This document shows, one piece after another, positions 28,601 to 41,574 of a stretch of DNA of 64,000 bases (position 1 is the first letter of the stretch; the number at the start of each line of letters is the position of its first letter). The notes under the pieces were generated by a model that did no database searches, was not told the origin of the DNA, and saw only the letters and a list, made by a program, of their open reading frames with translations. Position numbers and translations under genes: made by a program. Source of the stretch: Bispira polyomma (Eukaryota); the NCBI GenBank assembly GCA_965649765.1, contig OZ287756.1:58156001-58220000 (forward strand). Direction: 5' to 3'.

Positions 28601-28878
28601 ATTTTCTTATTATTCAATTATGTTGTTTACTAACTGTTTTTTAAATGCCAATTGAAATCCATGTAGTAGAGTCTTTAATTGCCATTTAATAATTGTTACA
28701 TTTTTTTTTGATAATGCACTCTTCTGATGCAAATTAAATTGTGGCACAAGTAGCGCCATTGTTGACTCAGATGAATGGGTCCTTGATAAAGGTATTACGG
28801 TCACTGTGACAATCTTTTACTGACCTTTCATGGTCAATAGTAATTGTCGGTATATCACTAGACTTTTTCACTGAGTCT

Positions 28879-29695
28879 TGTTACGGTCATAGGAGCAAGC
28901 GCCACAGCAATTACTGATTGCTTTCAAGTTGTAATAGGAAAAGACAAAAAGTTTCACCTAACAAATTTATTTAACAATTTAAATAACAATTACAGTGAAC
29001 TGAGATACTCTTAATAGTTCATACAATAATGCAATAATACAATAATAAAACCAATTTGACCTGACCACAGTCCTGTCCATATAATTAACAGCTAAACAAG
29101 TTTGTCCACTGTTTCCAGCAATCTGTTTTGAAATCCGTTTGGTGTCTACTAACACACAATTCCTGTATCCTGTTATCCGTTTGGTGTCCACGAAGACAAA
29201 ATGTATATATCCAGAGAGTCTGCACAACTAATCTATCCAGTCCAGGATGCAAACAATATCCAATATGTAGCAGTTCCACTTTCCGGTAAATCCTTAACTT
29301 TATATCTAGTTCACTCCAATGAGTTCACCACAAAATGTATATAATAATCAGTTTGTATCAACTTGACAGAGAAATAAAGTGTTTAGCAGTATAGCAGTTC
29401 GTATACACACCAACTCAATAAACTCTAGTCTGTGGTCAGGCTTTCAACTCTTATATATACTACAGCTATAGAAGGCTCTAGAGTATGTAAACAACAATTG
29501 CGAGAAGGTTCCGAAATGAATTGTAAACAGATCAACACAACTCCAATAAAAACAGAAACAAAATATAACCAGCTTCTAGAAGCTTTGGGGTTTTTCCCAA
29601 ATCTATAAATAGATCACTCTAGCAGAGTGTAAGAAACATCAGTACTAACTAGACCAGTTCTCCACTGACCTACAACAATGTCCTTACATGTAACA
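28879..29695 (-). mobile_element. Solo LTR (817 bp, probably Ty3/Gypsy-type)
   Basis: TGTTAC...GTAACA termini and a 4-bp TSD gtct/gtca (one mismatch). The equivalent empty site is visible in the sister repeat unit near 35295-35310. TATA-like (29449-29459) and AATAAA (28966-28971) on the minus strand. A second partial copy is at 11752. Confidence 0.8.
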
Positions 29696-30234
29696 GTCAG
29701 AATTGACATCTTCCATATTTGAGGTGTCTGTTCTTTCTACTTGGTATAAAAAGAAACCCAATGGGCATAGCGCACTAGTTATGAAATGAAAAGAATATTT
29801 TCAAAAGAAAGACGTTCACTTGTCATCATCTTCTCCTGATCTTTCATGAGGTATAAAAAGAAACCCTATGGACATAGCGCACTACAAGGGAGTGGGGGGG
29901 GGACAGCGATTCGTGGGGGACAGCGTTTAGCGGTAAATGACGTTTTTACACCAAATCACTGTAAAACATTCAATTCCAAAGACAATAAATACCAAATTAT
30001 ATATATAAAGCATAAACTTACCTACAATACAAATATATCCTTTAATTAAGATGAAATTGCTGAACAGAAGTTCCAGAAAACAATGTGCTTGATGTATGAT
30101 GTCTACTGTGGTCACATGACACATCCAGTCAAAACAATTCAAAACACTTTCGTTTTGAAACTGTCAAAAGTGCAGAAAATTATTATAAATTAGACAAAAG
30201 TTGTTCAATATTATAATAACAGAGTTTCTAAAGA

Positions 30235-33200
30235 ATGGCAAAGACATCGAAGGTACAACTTTATTTTTAGATTGTTTTTGTTTTAATAAAATTCTCAAAT
30301 ATCTATTTTATATTTTTTAATTTACTTTTTTTAAGTTCCAAGAAAAACATCTGCTTGTTTGCCCTCCATAATTTTGATTTAGCCTGGTAACTGATTTTTT
30401 TTATACAAAATAACCCGGTGTTTAAATGATCTGCAATTGTTTTATAGCTTAGAATAATAATTTTAAACAACTAAATGTGATCAAACAGAAACTTAAAACT
30501 AATTTTGTGCTTGACTGTGTTCCTGTAGTATGAAATATTGTCATAAGATTTAGAACAAACCTCTTTCAAAATTTCAGAAAGCGAAAGGGAAATATAAAAA
30601 GTACCCTAGAGGTGACCTGGTTAATGCAGTCAAAAAAGTTGCTTCAGGGCAACAACTGAGTAAAGTTTCCAAAACCTATAACCTGCCAAGCTCCACACTT
30701 GATTACAGAAAGAAACCATCAAAATTAGACAGTACACCTCCTAAATAAATTTCTAACTGTTGAAGAAGAACAGTCACTCTGTAGTTACATAGGGGGGATG
30801 GCTGAGCATAACTTTGCTATTACCAGAATTTTGTTGAAATCAATGGTCAATAAAATTTTAGAGCGTAAGGGAATCAAAGTGACACCATCAAAGAAATGGT
30901 ATCAACGATTTATTAAAAAGAATGGTCTTTTGTTCAAAGTTCCAAAACAAGTAGATCCTGGACGTTTAAGAGCAGCTAATGGGAAAAACATAGGTCCATA
31001 CTTTGATATGTTACAGTCAACCATTGATCAGTTCAATCTAAATGACCATCCAGAACTGATCTTCAATGTCGACGAGACAGGGTTTAGTAAAGAATTGAAC
31101 ACACAAACCAAAGTAATTGTGCCAGTTGGTCAAAGACCAGTAACTACCCAAATTTTCACAAATGATCACACAACATCAGTGCATACAATTTAAGGATCAG
31201 GTTTAGTTATATCTCCCATGGTTATTTTCAAAAAATCTATTCCATTGTCTCTTAGAAATCAGGAACAAAACAACTGGCTCTATCGAAATACCAAAACTGG
31301 TTTCTTTAATACAAAGCTTTTCATGGAATGGTTTAGTGCTATTTTTGTGAAAGAAGCCCCAGCACAAAGACCTCTGTTGGTAATTCTTGATGCACATAGT
31401 ACTCATGTTGGTTTTGAATTTGTTGAGTGTACCAAAAGAGAGAACATTTAAGTCTTATCCCTGCCAAGCAAAACAAGTGACAAATTGCAACCTCTGGACC
31501 AGATTTTTTATGTTCTTAAGGGACAATTTTCAAATCTTGCGCTTTACTTAATGTTGGTGAGTGGTGACATTTTGGTGAATCAAGCAAAATTTCCATGCAT
31601 ACTATAGCTAGCCATGGATCAGGCGTGGACAAAGCATGCCATCAAATTGTCATTCAAAATAACAGGTATTAATTCTTTTGTGTATGTTATGCCAGTTATA
31701 AACAAATTTTAATACAAGACATAATTGTACTAATTTGGTAAATTGAGACACATGCATTGATATATATACAACATATAACTATTCAAAACTAATTATTATA
31801 TTGGTACTAACATGATACATTTTATTTTGAAATTTGAGCCCTCGATAATTATTTTTAATACTCAACTTCTATCTTAATTTGCTAGGCATTATTCCATACG
31901 ACAGAAAAGTCATAAAGATACCTCAACCAACATCTGCTACTGTGCAGGATAGGCAAATACCAAGGAAAGAGAGCGAAGGACGTTGTCTCATATGCAAACA
32001 ATTGAGCCCTTGTCCTTTTTGTTTTCAGGTCTGGGTTGTCATGAAGTAACAGTATCCCAATAGAATAGTTTGATTTAAGAATACATTTTCAATTACAATT
32101 CATGTTTTAGTTTAAATGTAGTGATAGAAAAATAAAACCAATCTAAACACTAAACCGAACAATTCCAGATATATAACTTTATATAACATATGGTGTATAT
32201 ATACATTAATTCTGATTTCTCACATATCGGATGAGATGTTGATGTTGTCAACAATCAATATTTACCAGCATATTTGCTCTTAAGTTAATTTAGTGAAATA
32301 TATTTTGTATAGGAATATGCTGCTAACTTAAATCGTTTGGTAAGGCAAGGTGTTTATTCTGCTACTTTGTTTGATGTCTGTGTTCCACCCATGAATAGTT
32401 CTGGTCACACTTCTCAGCAGTCCACCTCTGTCAGTTCAACATCAACTCGTCATTTATGGAGAAAAGCTAGAATGCTGACAGGTGTCTGTTACAATTATCA
32501 TTTCAATTTCTTATAAATTGTACTACATATCAGTTATATTATGTGGTTATCCATACTAAAATCATATGTTCATGTCTCTTACTGCAATTTTCTGGGCACT
32601 ATGATGGCCTAGTGGTTAGAACACTTCACTTCTCAATGATAGGCGTCTCACCAAAATGGGTTCTAATATTCATTCATGTGGGAAAGTTTGTCACGTACTT
32701 GATGTAGGTTGGTTGTTAAGTGCTTCAAAATATTGGTTTCCTCCACTCCTCCAAATATGATTTTAGTGACATTGTCTTAGCTGTTAAAAATACCTTCAAA
32801 CCAATCTAAATTAATGTTTACTATTTGACTACTGATACTGTATCTTCGGAAATTAATTTGCCATACTAAAAAATTTCAAATAGAATTGTTTTGTACAAAT
32901 ATTCTGTGCATTTCCCCAGATGACATATTTATTCAGGACAGACAAAACCCAGGCCAGGGAACTGTGGAACAAGGTAAAATTTATGTCATGATCATACAAA
33001 GGTGTTAACAGTATGTAGTTTTCTGTGAAAAAATAAAATCAGTCATTTTGTACCAACTTCTAATAGGGTAGAAATTGCTTGAGAAACCACCCATTAAAAA
33101 TTAACAAATTATTTTGATCACATCCATACATCTAAGTTTATTATGAACATTGTTTCTATTTTTCAGATACCGTCTTTTTATACAGCTTCATATGTATGCA

Positions 33201-34450
33201 AGTTCATTATGAATTATGTTTCTTTTTCCAGATATTGTCATTTCATATGACCTTACACTTATGGAAGTGAATCTTCAACAATATGAAATCATATATTGTA
33301 ATTTATAGGAGCATGCGGCGTGTTAAAGTAAATTTACTTTCAGAACCTTATCGTACTTCAATTTTGGTACTTTAATTCTGACAAAGGTACTTTTTACATT
33401 ATATTTCATGTTTTCTACAGCAGATTGTCAAGGAGTGTCTGTTGACACTGTCGTTGAACAAGAAACAGATTTACAGCTGAAATTACACCTGAAATTACGT
33501 ACCCTAAACACAGAAGAAGAAAGTTTAGGAAAGGTATAACAATATAAACTATGTAAAATTTTGCTCTATGTCTAATAAATTTGGATAGAATTTTTTTAAT
33601 ATGAATGAGATATGTTTTTTTTTTCTTTGTTTCAGTTCCTGCAGGATCTCATCAAACTACTAACACTGCTGAAAGATGTGAACCTAATACAAAAGGCAAA
33701 GGAAAAAAAATTAAAAAGGGTATACACTTTACATCCAGACTATTATTTTTACATGATATAATTATGTAGTTTTTCATTTTGGGGATAAACAAAAAACTAT
33801 CATATGTACCATTTTAGATTCACACAAGATAATACAAGACAGTGTCTGCAGAACTTCTAACAGAATTGACTCAGGATTGACTACTCTGCGCTTAATGAAG
33901 GGCAGACATTGGAAGAGTCTAGGTACTTCTTTTGTATTACAATATTATTGATTGTCTACATTTTATGGTGATATATTGGTAAATATTGTTTGCATTTCAC
34001 AATTTCAAAAACTGTAATTGTCTAATGTAAATACTAACCTAAACTGATATTTTCTCTTGTAAATATCTTGATGTTTATATTTCTTTACACAGGATTGAAA
34101 TCTGTGCCAGGTGTAAAATTCCTAGAAACCACACTGAAGATGAAGTATTTCATATCCAGTGGTATCAATGCTCCCTATGTCTGAGATGGTGGCACCGCCA
34201 TTGTCTGCCAGACATACCGATAGCTGACTTATCTGTCATTGAGAACAACAACTTCAGATGCCCAGCATGCCCTGATATGCCCATTTGCTGTGTCTGTCTC
34301 GGACATGTTTCTAATTTAGAGGCAGCACAGTGCCACATTTGTTTGGGACAATATCATCCGCAATGTCTGAGAATGCAAGACCAGATCGAACTCAGCATTA
34401 ACATAGAAAATAGAAGAAACTGGTATTGCTTCAGATGCCAAGAAGAATAG
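30235..34450 (+). pseudogene. Spliced pogo-family transposase (HTH/CENP-B, DDE_1) with C-terminal double PHD finger; several premature stops
   Basis: Exon 30235-30252 (MAKTSK) splices to 30578-31665 (KYKKYPRGDLVNAV...FNVDETG...LLVILDAHSTH...LQPLDQ...FKITG). Then 31886-32028 (GIIPYD), 32313-32481 (KARMLT), several small exons, and final exon 34093-34450 with two C4HC3 fingers. Stops at e.g. 31191 and 31449. The small middle exons are tentative. Confidence 0.8.
32595..32805 (+). mobile_element. Degenerate tRNA-derived SINE inside a transposase intron
   Basis: tggcctagtggttag head, gtctcacc, atgtgggaaagtttgtc and ggtttcctccac, shared with the other SINE copies. Confidence 0.7.
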
Positions 34451-35414
34451 ACTAAAATTATTAAGGCCAAAATCCCCTTGCCTATGACCATCTAATGATA
34501 TTTATTGTGTTAATACCTCTTACATTTTCTATGATAATTTTTTTAACATTCTTCAATATTTCAAATAAACAAATTATAAAATACCTTCACAATATCAAAT
34601 AAGGTAATCTGTACAACAGTGTATTGGGTAAAGTTTTCTATTGCTAGTTCTTAATTTCTGTGTGCTTTCACGATTTTATTGAGGTCTATATAATCCATTA
34701 CCTGGAAAACAAATATGAACTTTTTGAGATTCATGTACTATCTTGCAAACATTAACATAGCAGTTTTATGTGAAGGTCAAAAATAGTATTGACTTCTGTA
34801 AATAATTTATTATTAATAAGATAACAAAATGAACCAGTGAAGTACAGAGAACTATACAAACACTGAATATTTGAACGAAACCTTCGTTTAATGTTTATAA
34901 ATGAAGTAGATAATATGAATAAAAAATATTTAAATATTTAAATGCCTTTTATCATTAAATATTCAAGTCATTTTAGTATAAGTCATAATTTGCTTAAAAA
35001 TGGCGAAATGCTGTCCACTTATTATAAAATTTTTCCCAGTGATTAATTTTTTTGGGTACCAGTCTAATGTGCTTGCAGTGGGAACGACCTGCACAAATTA
35101 CCGGTGAGTAGCCTCGATATCATTTCCTTTTGTTTACATAAGTCGAATATCCGTTATTTTTGCGCGAATCGCTGTCCCCCCCTGTAGTTATGAAGAGAAA
35201 AGAATATTTTTGAAAGAAAGATGCTCACTTGTCATCACCTTCTCCTGACCTTTCATGGTCAATAGTAATTGTCGGTATAGCACTAGACTTTTTCATTGAG
35301 TTAAAATTGACATCCTCCATATTTCGGCTTGAGGTGTCTTTTTTGACTTGGTATAAAAAGAGACTGTATTGACATAGCGCATTAAGTTAAGTTATGGAGA
35401 GAACAGAATATTAT

Positions 35415-35735
35415 AAAAATAATGACGTTATCATTGATGAGGTGTCTCTTGTAGGACAGGTAGTGACATTGTAACATATTTTTAAAATAATGACATGTTT
35501 CAATTGATGAGGGACAAGTAGTAATATTGTAACATATTTTAAAACTAATGACATCTTTACATTTATGAGGTGTCACTTCTGGGACAAGTAGTTAGATTGT
35601 AACATATTTTGAAAATAATGACATTTTTTCATTAATGAGGTGTCATTTGTGAGACAGGTAGTAACAAAGTAACAAATTTTAAAAATAATGACATGTTTCC
35701 ATTAGTGAGGTGTCAGTTGTGGGATAAGTAGTTAT
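35415..35735. repeat. ~70-bp tandem repeat, about 4-5 copies
   Basis: Recurring aaataatgacat....att.atgaggtgtca.ttgt.ggaca.gtagt...attgtaacatatttt. Confidence 0.8.
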
Positions 35736-36478
35736 CTTTGCAATACCTTCTCATTTTTAATGGAACCTAATGGATGGGTTTGATTTTCATTACCTTCATT
35801 GATGCCCATTTCAAGGCCTCCTCCCTCCTACTTTCCTCAAAGGTCAAAATGTACATACATACGGCAAACAAAAAGTTGAAGTATTGGTGATGTACTTGTG
35901 ATGTACTTTCTTAAAGTATCCAGAGTAGCACTTGTAATGCATTGGTGATGTACAGTATCCAGAGTAGTTTTGTTACAAATTAAAATATAAGAATTATGGA
36001 TTTCAGTAACTTTTGTTATTTCATCTTATCTTTTTATTAAAATTTTACCTTTGTAAACCAAAGGGCCAGTTATTTGGTTTGGGGTTTGAACCCAGTAGTA
36101 TCAGTTGGTGGTGGTGCTTTACACAAATGGACAAATGAACCCAGTTGATGGTGGTTAAGACAAATGTCCCTTTGAAAGTTCTGAAAGGCAAATGACTATA
36201 TTTTTGCTCTTGGGTTTGAACCCAGTTGATTGTGGTTAAGACAAATGGCCCTTTGAATGTTAGCTAGAAAATAAAACATCAACAAGAACACGTCTTTATT
36301 CACAAAATGACATATTAATTGAAACATTTAATCCAAAATATACAGAACATAGCATGGGAAATTATATCATTCTATCTTGGTTTGTTGTAATATCCCTTCA
36401 GTAAGGCAGGTTGAGTCTTGGTTTGTTTGTTTGCGATTAAAAAGACCAATTTATGAATACTACCTGAGACACTCCCAT

Positions 36479-36728
36479 TTACAGCAGTCCAATCAGTGTT
36501 CCAGTGAAAGTAGCGGTCCAGTTGTCAACAAAATATCCAATCAGTCCTGTCCCTGTTCTTTTAGATTTCACCCACACATTCTGCCCCTGGTAACATGTGG
36601 CAATGACTGTGGTAGACACCATACTACCAGAGCCATCATGTGTACCCGTGTGATAACCGGATAGCTCGATGTCGTCAATAACTATACAGGCATCGGACAA
36701 TGTCCCCCCAAGAGACAATGCAGTGGTA
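36479..36728 (-). CDS. C1q-domain gene terminal exon (C-terminal half of gC1q)
   Basis: Pyrimidine tract + AG acceptor at 36729-36730. Motifs STTVIATCYQGQNVWVK and TFTGTLI are typical of the last gC1q strands. Frame is open to the stop at 36479. Confidence 0.85.
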
Positions 36729-37329
36729 CTAAAATAGTGAGAAGAGTTATGAAATGTAGTAGAATAACACATGAGTGCCGTGTACAATTAAATTATATAA
36801 TTAAAGAAGACAAGGTAAATACAAAACAAGTCCTTTGTGTCATAATAAGTAGTTTGGCTTTGCTCTATAATTTCATCATACATGTCACAAATGTCATGTT
36901 ACCCTTTATCAAACACTTTTCAAATGGACATTATCTGTCTGCTATAAAGATATGAAACAACCAAAACCTATGAAAGATAGTTATATTTTCAAAGACGCAT
37001 ACAAAGTAACAGTCATAATGTAAATCACAGAATTGGTACCAAAATATAATTAATTTTAATTACATATATTTTAAAAGCACTAAAAATTGTGGTTTATATA
37101 CTATGACATTGTTTACAAATTAATATTTATATATTTTGTGGACATTTCCGTAAATAATACAGCTCTGACATACACATTTGATCTTAAAGTTATTTGCCTA
37201 TGATTACAACTTTTTAGTCTGAGGATTCACTCAGCTCATATATTTAAAATTCATAGAAGTTAATTATATAACTTGCTGTTTTCAGTATTTTCTTGATCTA
37301 TATAGTATTTCTAGGCAGACTTGATATGA

Positions 37330-38960
37330 CATGAGCGATTTTTAAACTGTTAATTGATGCCAGGCATCTTCTAAAGTGCAACATAATTGACAAAGTTATT
37401 AAAATCGTAGTCCATTTCCAATGCAAATTTGTGATTGGGGAAGGTGCTGTGGAGGTGATAGATGTTTATAGAGGCTAAGTGCGGGTGAAGAGCCGGTTTC
37501 TTGTGATCTTAGATTGGCAGGTAAAGAGAAGGCATATGATTCAATCTACTGGTTCTGGTATCAGAGACTAAAATTCTGTTTCCCCGGGAAAGCTTGCTGC
37601 AAGATATGGAGGCTTGCAAAGGTTTACGGCTCTGTATGTAGTTACATCGGTCCTAAAAATGATGCAGTACTTGATAGGTAGCCAGTAGAGCCTCTTGAGA
37701 AAAGGAGTCTTATTGACACAAGATCTCACATGGCATACAACTCTGCACAAGTGATCGTTGAATTACTGTAACCTTTGCAGCTGGTCCTTCTTTAGTCCAA
37801 AAAGTTGATAATCGCATCATACTGCTGATGAGTGCATTTGCTATGAGTGTTTTCTGATTCTATTCAGGTTGCAAATATTAACATAGCAAGAAGGACGTAT
37901 ATTAGAAATATGATAGTCGATGGAAAAGAGGTTAATTGAAAACAGTGATTTCTGTTAATCCCTGTCTTTTTAGTGCTGATTAATATAAATTTAGTTTTGT
38001 TTGAAATGAGTTTTAGTGTGGTAAAATTCATTCAATCTTGGATGAAGTCGAGACATCTGGCGAGGATACTGAGCTGATTATGTGCATTGTTTGCCGCCAA
38101 TGAATATGTAGATTTGCGTGTCATCGGCATACATGTGATGTCTGATATTGAGTTTGTAAATAACATGACTCAGAGGGGAAGGGCAAAGAATATATAGGAG
38201 GGGCCCCAAGACGGATCACTGGGAAACTCCATCAGGTAAATCAAAAGGAATAGACAGATGGTCATCAATTTTGATTCTTTGGCTCTGTGGCAAGGTATGA
38301 ACTGATCTACTTTAAGGCAAGGGCTTTAATGCCAAACCAAGTTATTAAAGTGTCTTTTAAGATGAGACCAGTAACTGCACCTTTGTCAAGGGCAAGTACG
38401 ACCTTATTATTTATATACATGTATATATAAGAGCACACTTTTAATTGAGTGATGTTTTATGTAGGCAGACTAGTGTAGGTTGGCTGCTTGTTGTTTTTGA
38501 ACATGTTCATTCATCTGGTTAGGAACGGCCTTTTTAATAATTTTGCAAATAAAACTAGGGCTAGAAACAGGCCTAAACATTTTTAGCATGTTTTTATCAT
38601 GGTTGGATTTCTTGAGTAGAAGGGTAACCAAAGCAATTTTAAAAGAGGCAGGAAAATCGCCTTCGAGAATTGATAATGTTGGTGATGGGTGCAATAAGAA
38701 TTTTAAGATATTTTGAAAGAACAGTAGCAGGAATGGGATCTAAGTTATATGATTTGACGGGTAGGAGGTACTAAGTTTAAGGACATCACTTTTAGACGTT
38801 GGAAGGGTGTGGTTGAAAAAGTCAGTTGCAGATCCGAAAGCTAATCTGATTTTTGGAATTTAATCAATAAAAAAAATTTTGAAAAAATTGGCAAGAAAAT
38901 TGCTACAGTTGTGATCTGGGATTGAGTTTTCTGATTTTCTATGGAGAATGGAGTTGACCG
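37330..38960 (-). mobile_element. Degraded L2/CR1-group LINE fragment (intronic)
   Basis: [40 protein letters not shown] (38108-38137), LYWLPIKY. Confidence 0.8.
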
Positions 38961-39827
38961 AAACGGTTGACCATTCATGTAGAGCTTTTTTATTTGATGC
39001 CTGGTGCATCAGTGTTTAGTAATTTGGTTTCAAGTGTTATGGTATTGTTTGCCTAAACATTCGGCTTGTTTACATGGATATTGAAGAAGGTTGTAGGCCA
39101 ATACTATATAGGTCACGGGTGAGATAGGGTCCACACGCACCCACCCCCACATCTTCTTAATAAAGTTAGGTTTTTCTGAAGCCTAAGCATCTCTAGAATA
39201 TGAAATGGAATTGTAACATTGAAAATATTGGGATGCATTAACAATTTGAGACATAAATGTGAAAGTACCCAAAAAAGGTAAATCTACCGCTTTTTGGTCA
39301 ATGCAAAATAAGAAAATGCTCAATGTTTGTTGTTATTTATTCATTTAGTAAAACCAAAAGGGGCTATGGTATATATTATATAAAAGCACACTTGATAGGC
39401 TATCTGAAGATGTATAGGTATAGCGTATTATAAAATTAGTATGTGATATTTTGCACCTCATACATAAATGAAGATGTTAAAAATTAACAATTTTGCAAAG
39501 TAGACCTTATGTTTTCAAAATATCAGATGAACTTTTCTCCAGTCAATTTAACTGGGAGTTTTCTGCGACTTAGAGGGATGTCAGGCGATTCAATAATAAT
39601 AATAATATCAATATTGCTGACAAACATAAAAAATAACCAGAAGGTGCACTGTGAGAAGATACCGCCGCCAATATTGATGTATTCTGATCAGCAGTCATCC
39701 CCATTTCACCAGTCTTTGTTGATCAGAAACCATAATAATTACAAAAGTATTTTCGAAAACTGTATTTGTTCTAATGTGCCATAGTCTGAGCTACAAACAG
39801 TGTGTAGTTAAAAGTTTTAGCCTAATT

Positions 39828-39893
<66 letters not shown>
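39828..39893. repeat. (CA)n(TA)n microsatellite
   Basis: Directly visible dinucleotide runs. Confidence 0.95.
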
Positions 39894-39894
<1 letters not shown>

Positions 39895-41574
39895 GATGAC
39901 CAATTATAAATAACCACCTCAAATTAGCTAAATTCATCTTGATTTGTAACTTGTGTATCTATACTTTGTATTACATATGCCTGATTTTTGTTATGTACTT
40001 TCAAAAATTTATAATTAGTAAGAAATATTAATTAAAACAACAGAAATCCCAGCTGATACTCCTACTGTAGCAAGGAGTAGTCATTGTTATCTGTATCTTG
40101 ACCCTATAACCAGACTCCCAGAATGTTATGTAACCTTAAGAAAGAGCACTCAACTTCAGGTCCAACAACTTTTTTGTGCAGGTTAAGTTGCTTTTTTCCT
40201 CTCAATAAAATGCTACATGATTTGGGTATTAACCAGAATATAATACAATAATCATCATATCATTCCCAGTTGGTAAGGCCTAATCTCCCAAACCAGATGT
40301 AAGCAAAAGAAGCTTGGTCTCTGTGGCCTAGGGGTTAGAGTGTCAGACTTTGGATCTGAGGGATCTGAGGGGCCATTTTTTATTCTTGTTGCAGGCCTGC
40401 ATATTTCTTGAAGCAGGATTGATCTCCTCTAGTTCCATAGAGGGTGTTATCAAAGGGAAACACTACATCAGGGCTCTCAGCTGTCACGAAGTGTTGCTGG
40501 ATGCTCTAGAACAACATCTATTTGAGAAATACCTTGATCATGGATCATAATGGACAGGATATGCCTTTTGAAATCATCTCTGCATAGGCACAGTCAAAAC
40601 TAAATCAACTTGCATATTCTTTAAGTGCTGAAATGTTGGCTGTAACCTTTGAAAATGAGGAAGTCACATGATATCTACATGAATATTCCAAATTATGTGA
40701 TGAGGTTTCTAAGGGCCTCCTTAAAAAAACAGCCCAGCTATGGATTTTTTACATTAGGACACATACAAGCAGTGTAAATATCTCTGTTGAAAGCTGTGGA
40801 AAACAACCACTTTTTTCTGTTTGCCCAGACACTGTATCAGATGACTGATCTTTTCAGCTTTAATGACCCAAGATACATCATCTATTTTGCTGTTGTTTTG
40901 GCTAACATTGAAATAAGTCATGCAGGTTCATTGGATCTGATAAAGTCTGAAGCCATAGTGTGGCAAGATCATTTATAACCAGAAATAGATGTAATGTAAA
41001 TAAGACCATGGAAGAAACTTTGATGTGCCATGCCATGCTAAATGCAAAAGTGGAACATGCACTGCATTGATTGTATTGCTCACAAACTTTAATGTTTCTC
41101 AGCACTGGATATGTTCCACGCATGCTTGATCTTCAAGACGGTTGATTAAGTGACGGAAATAATAAATGACATACACAGAATTGCATCGAACTGTAATCAC
41201 AAAAAGTTAAGATGATGTTAAGGAAACCAAAAATGTGACTAGAGGCTAAATTAATCCAGAGGTTGCTGCAGCAAAACTAGTGGCTCTATTTTCTGGGGTG
41301 TTTGTACTGAGGGATGTATTAGGTCAGAAAGTGCTGGAAAAGCAGTAAAATATGAGTTTATCAAGAACAATCTCCAAATTGGATAATATTTCTTTCAGCC
41401 AATAAAACTTTTAAAACCCAAAACCTGTGAGGTAATGAAAAAGTGACTCAAAGTCACAACCACAAAGAATAAGCTTTCCAGTACAAACAACCGATAAATG
41501 TTGTTATTGACACACTCCCCAGTCCACACCAAAGGAGACAGATACTCATGTTCTGTATTGCAATTACTTAAAAA

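Larger units (their letters stand above)
29885..35184 (+). mobile_element. pogo/Tigger-like (Tc1-mariner superfamily) DNA transposon, full length
   Basis: TA duplications at 29883-29884 and 35185-35186. TIR core CAG(G)nACAGCGATTCG at both ends, the left copy with a small insertion. Encloses an HTH + DDE_1 transposase gene. Confidence 0.88.
28820..35415. repeat. ~210-bp tandem repeat array (about 3 units) split by a solo LTR and a pogo element
   Basis: Unit segments tgacctttcatggtcaatagtaattgtcggtat.cactagactttttca, ggtataaaaagaaaccc.atgg.catagcgcacta and gttatgaa..aaaagaatattt recur at 28820-28878, 29696-29884 and 35185-35415. Confidence 0.8.
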
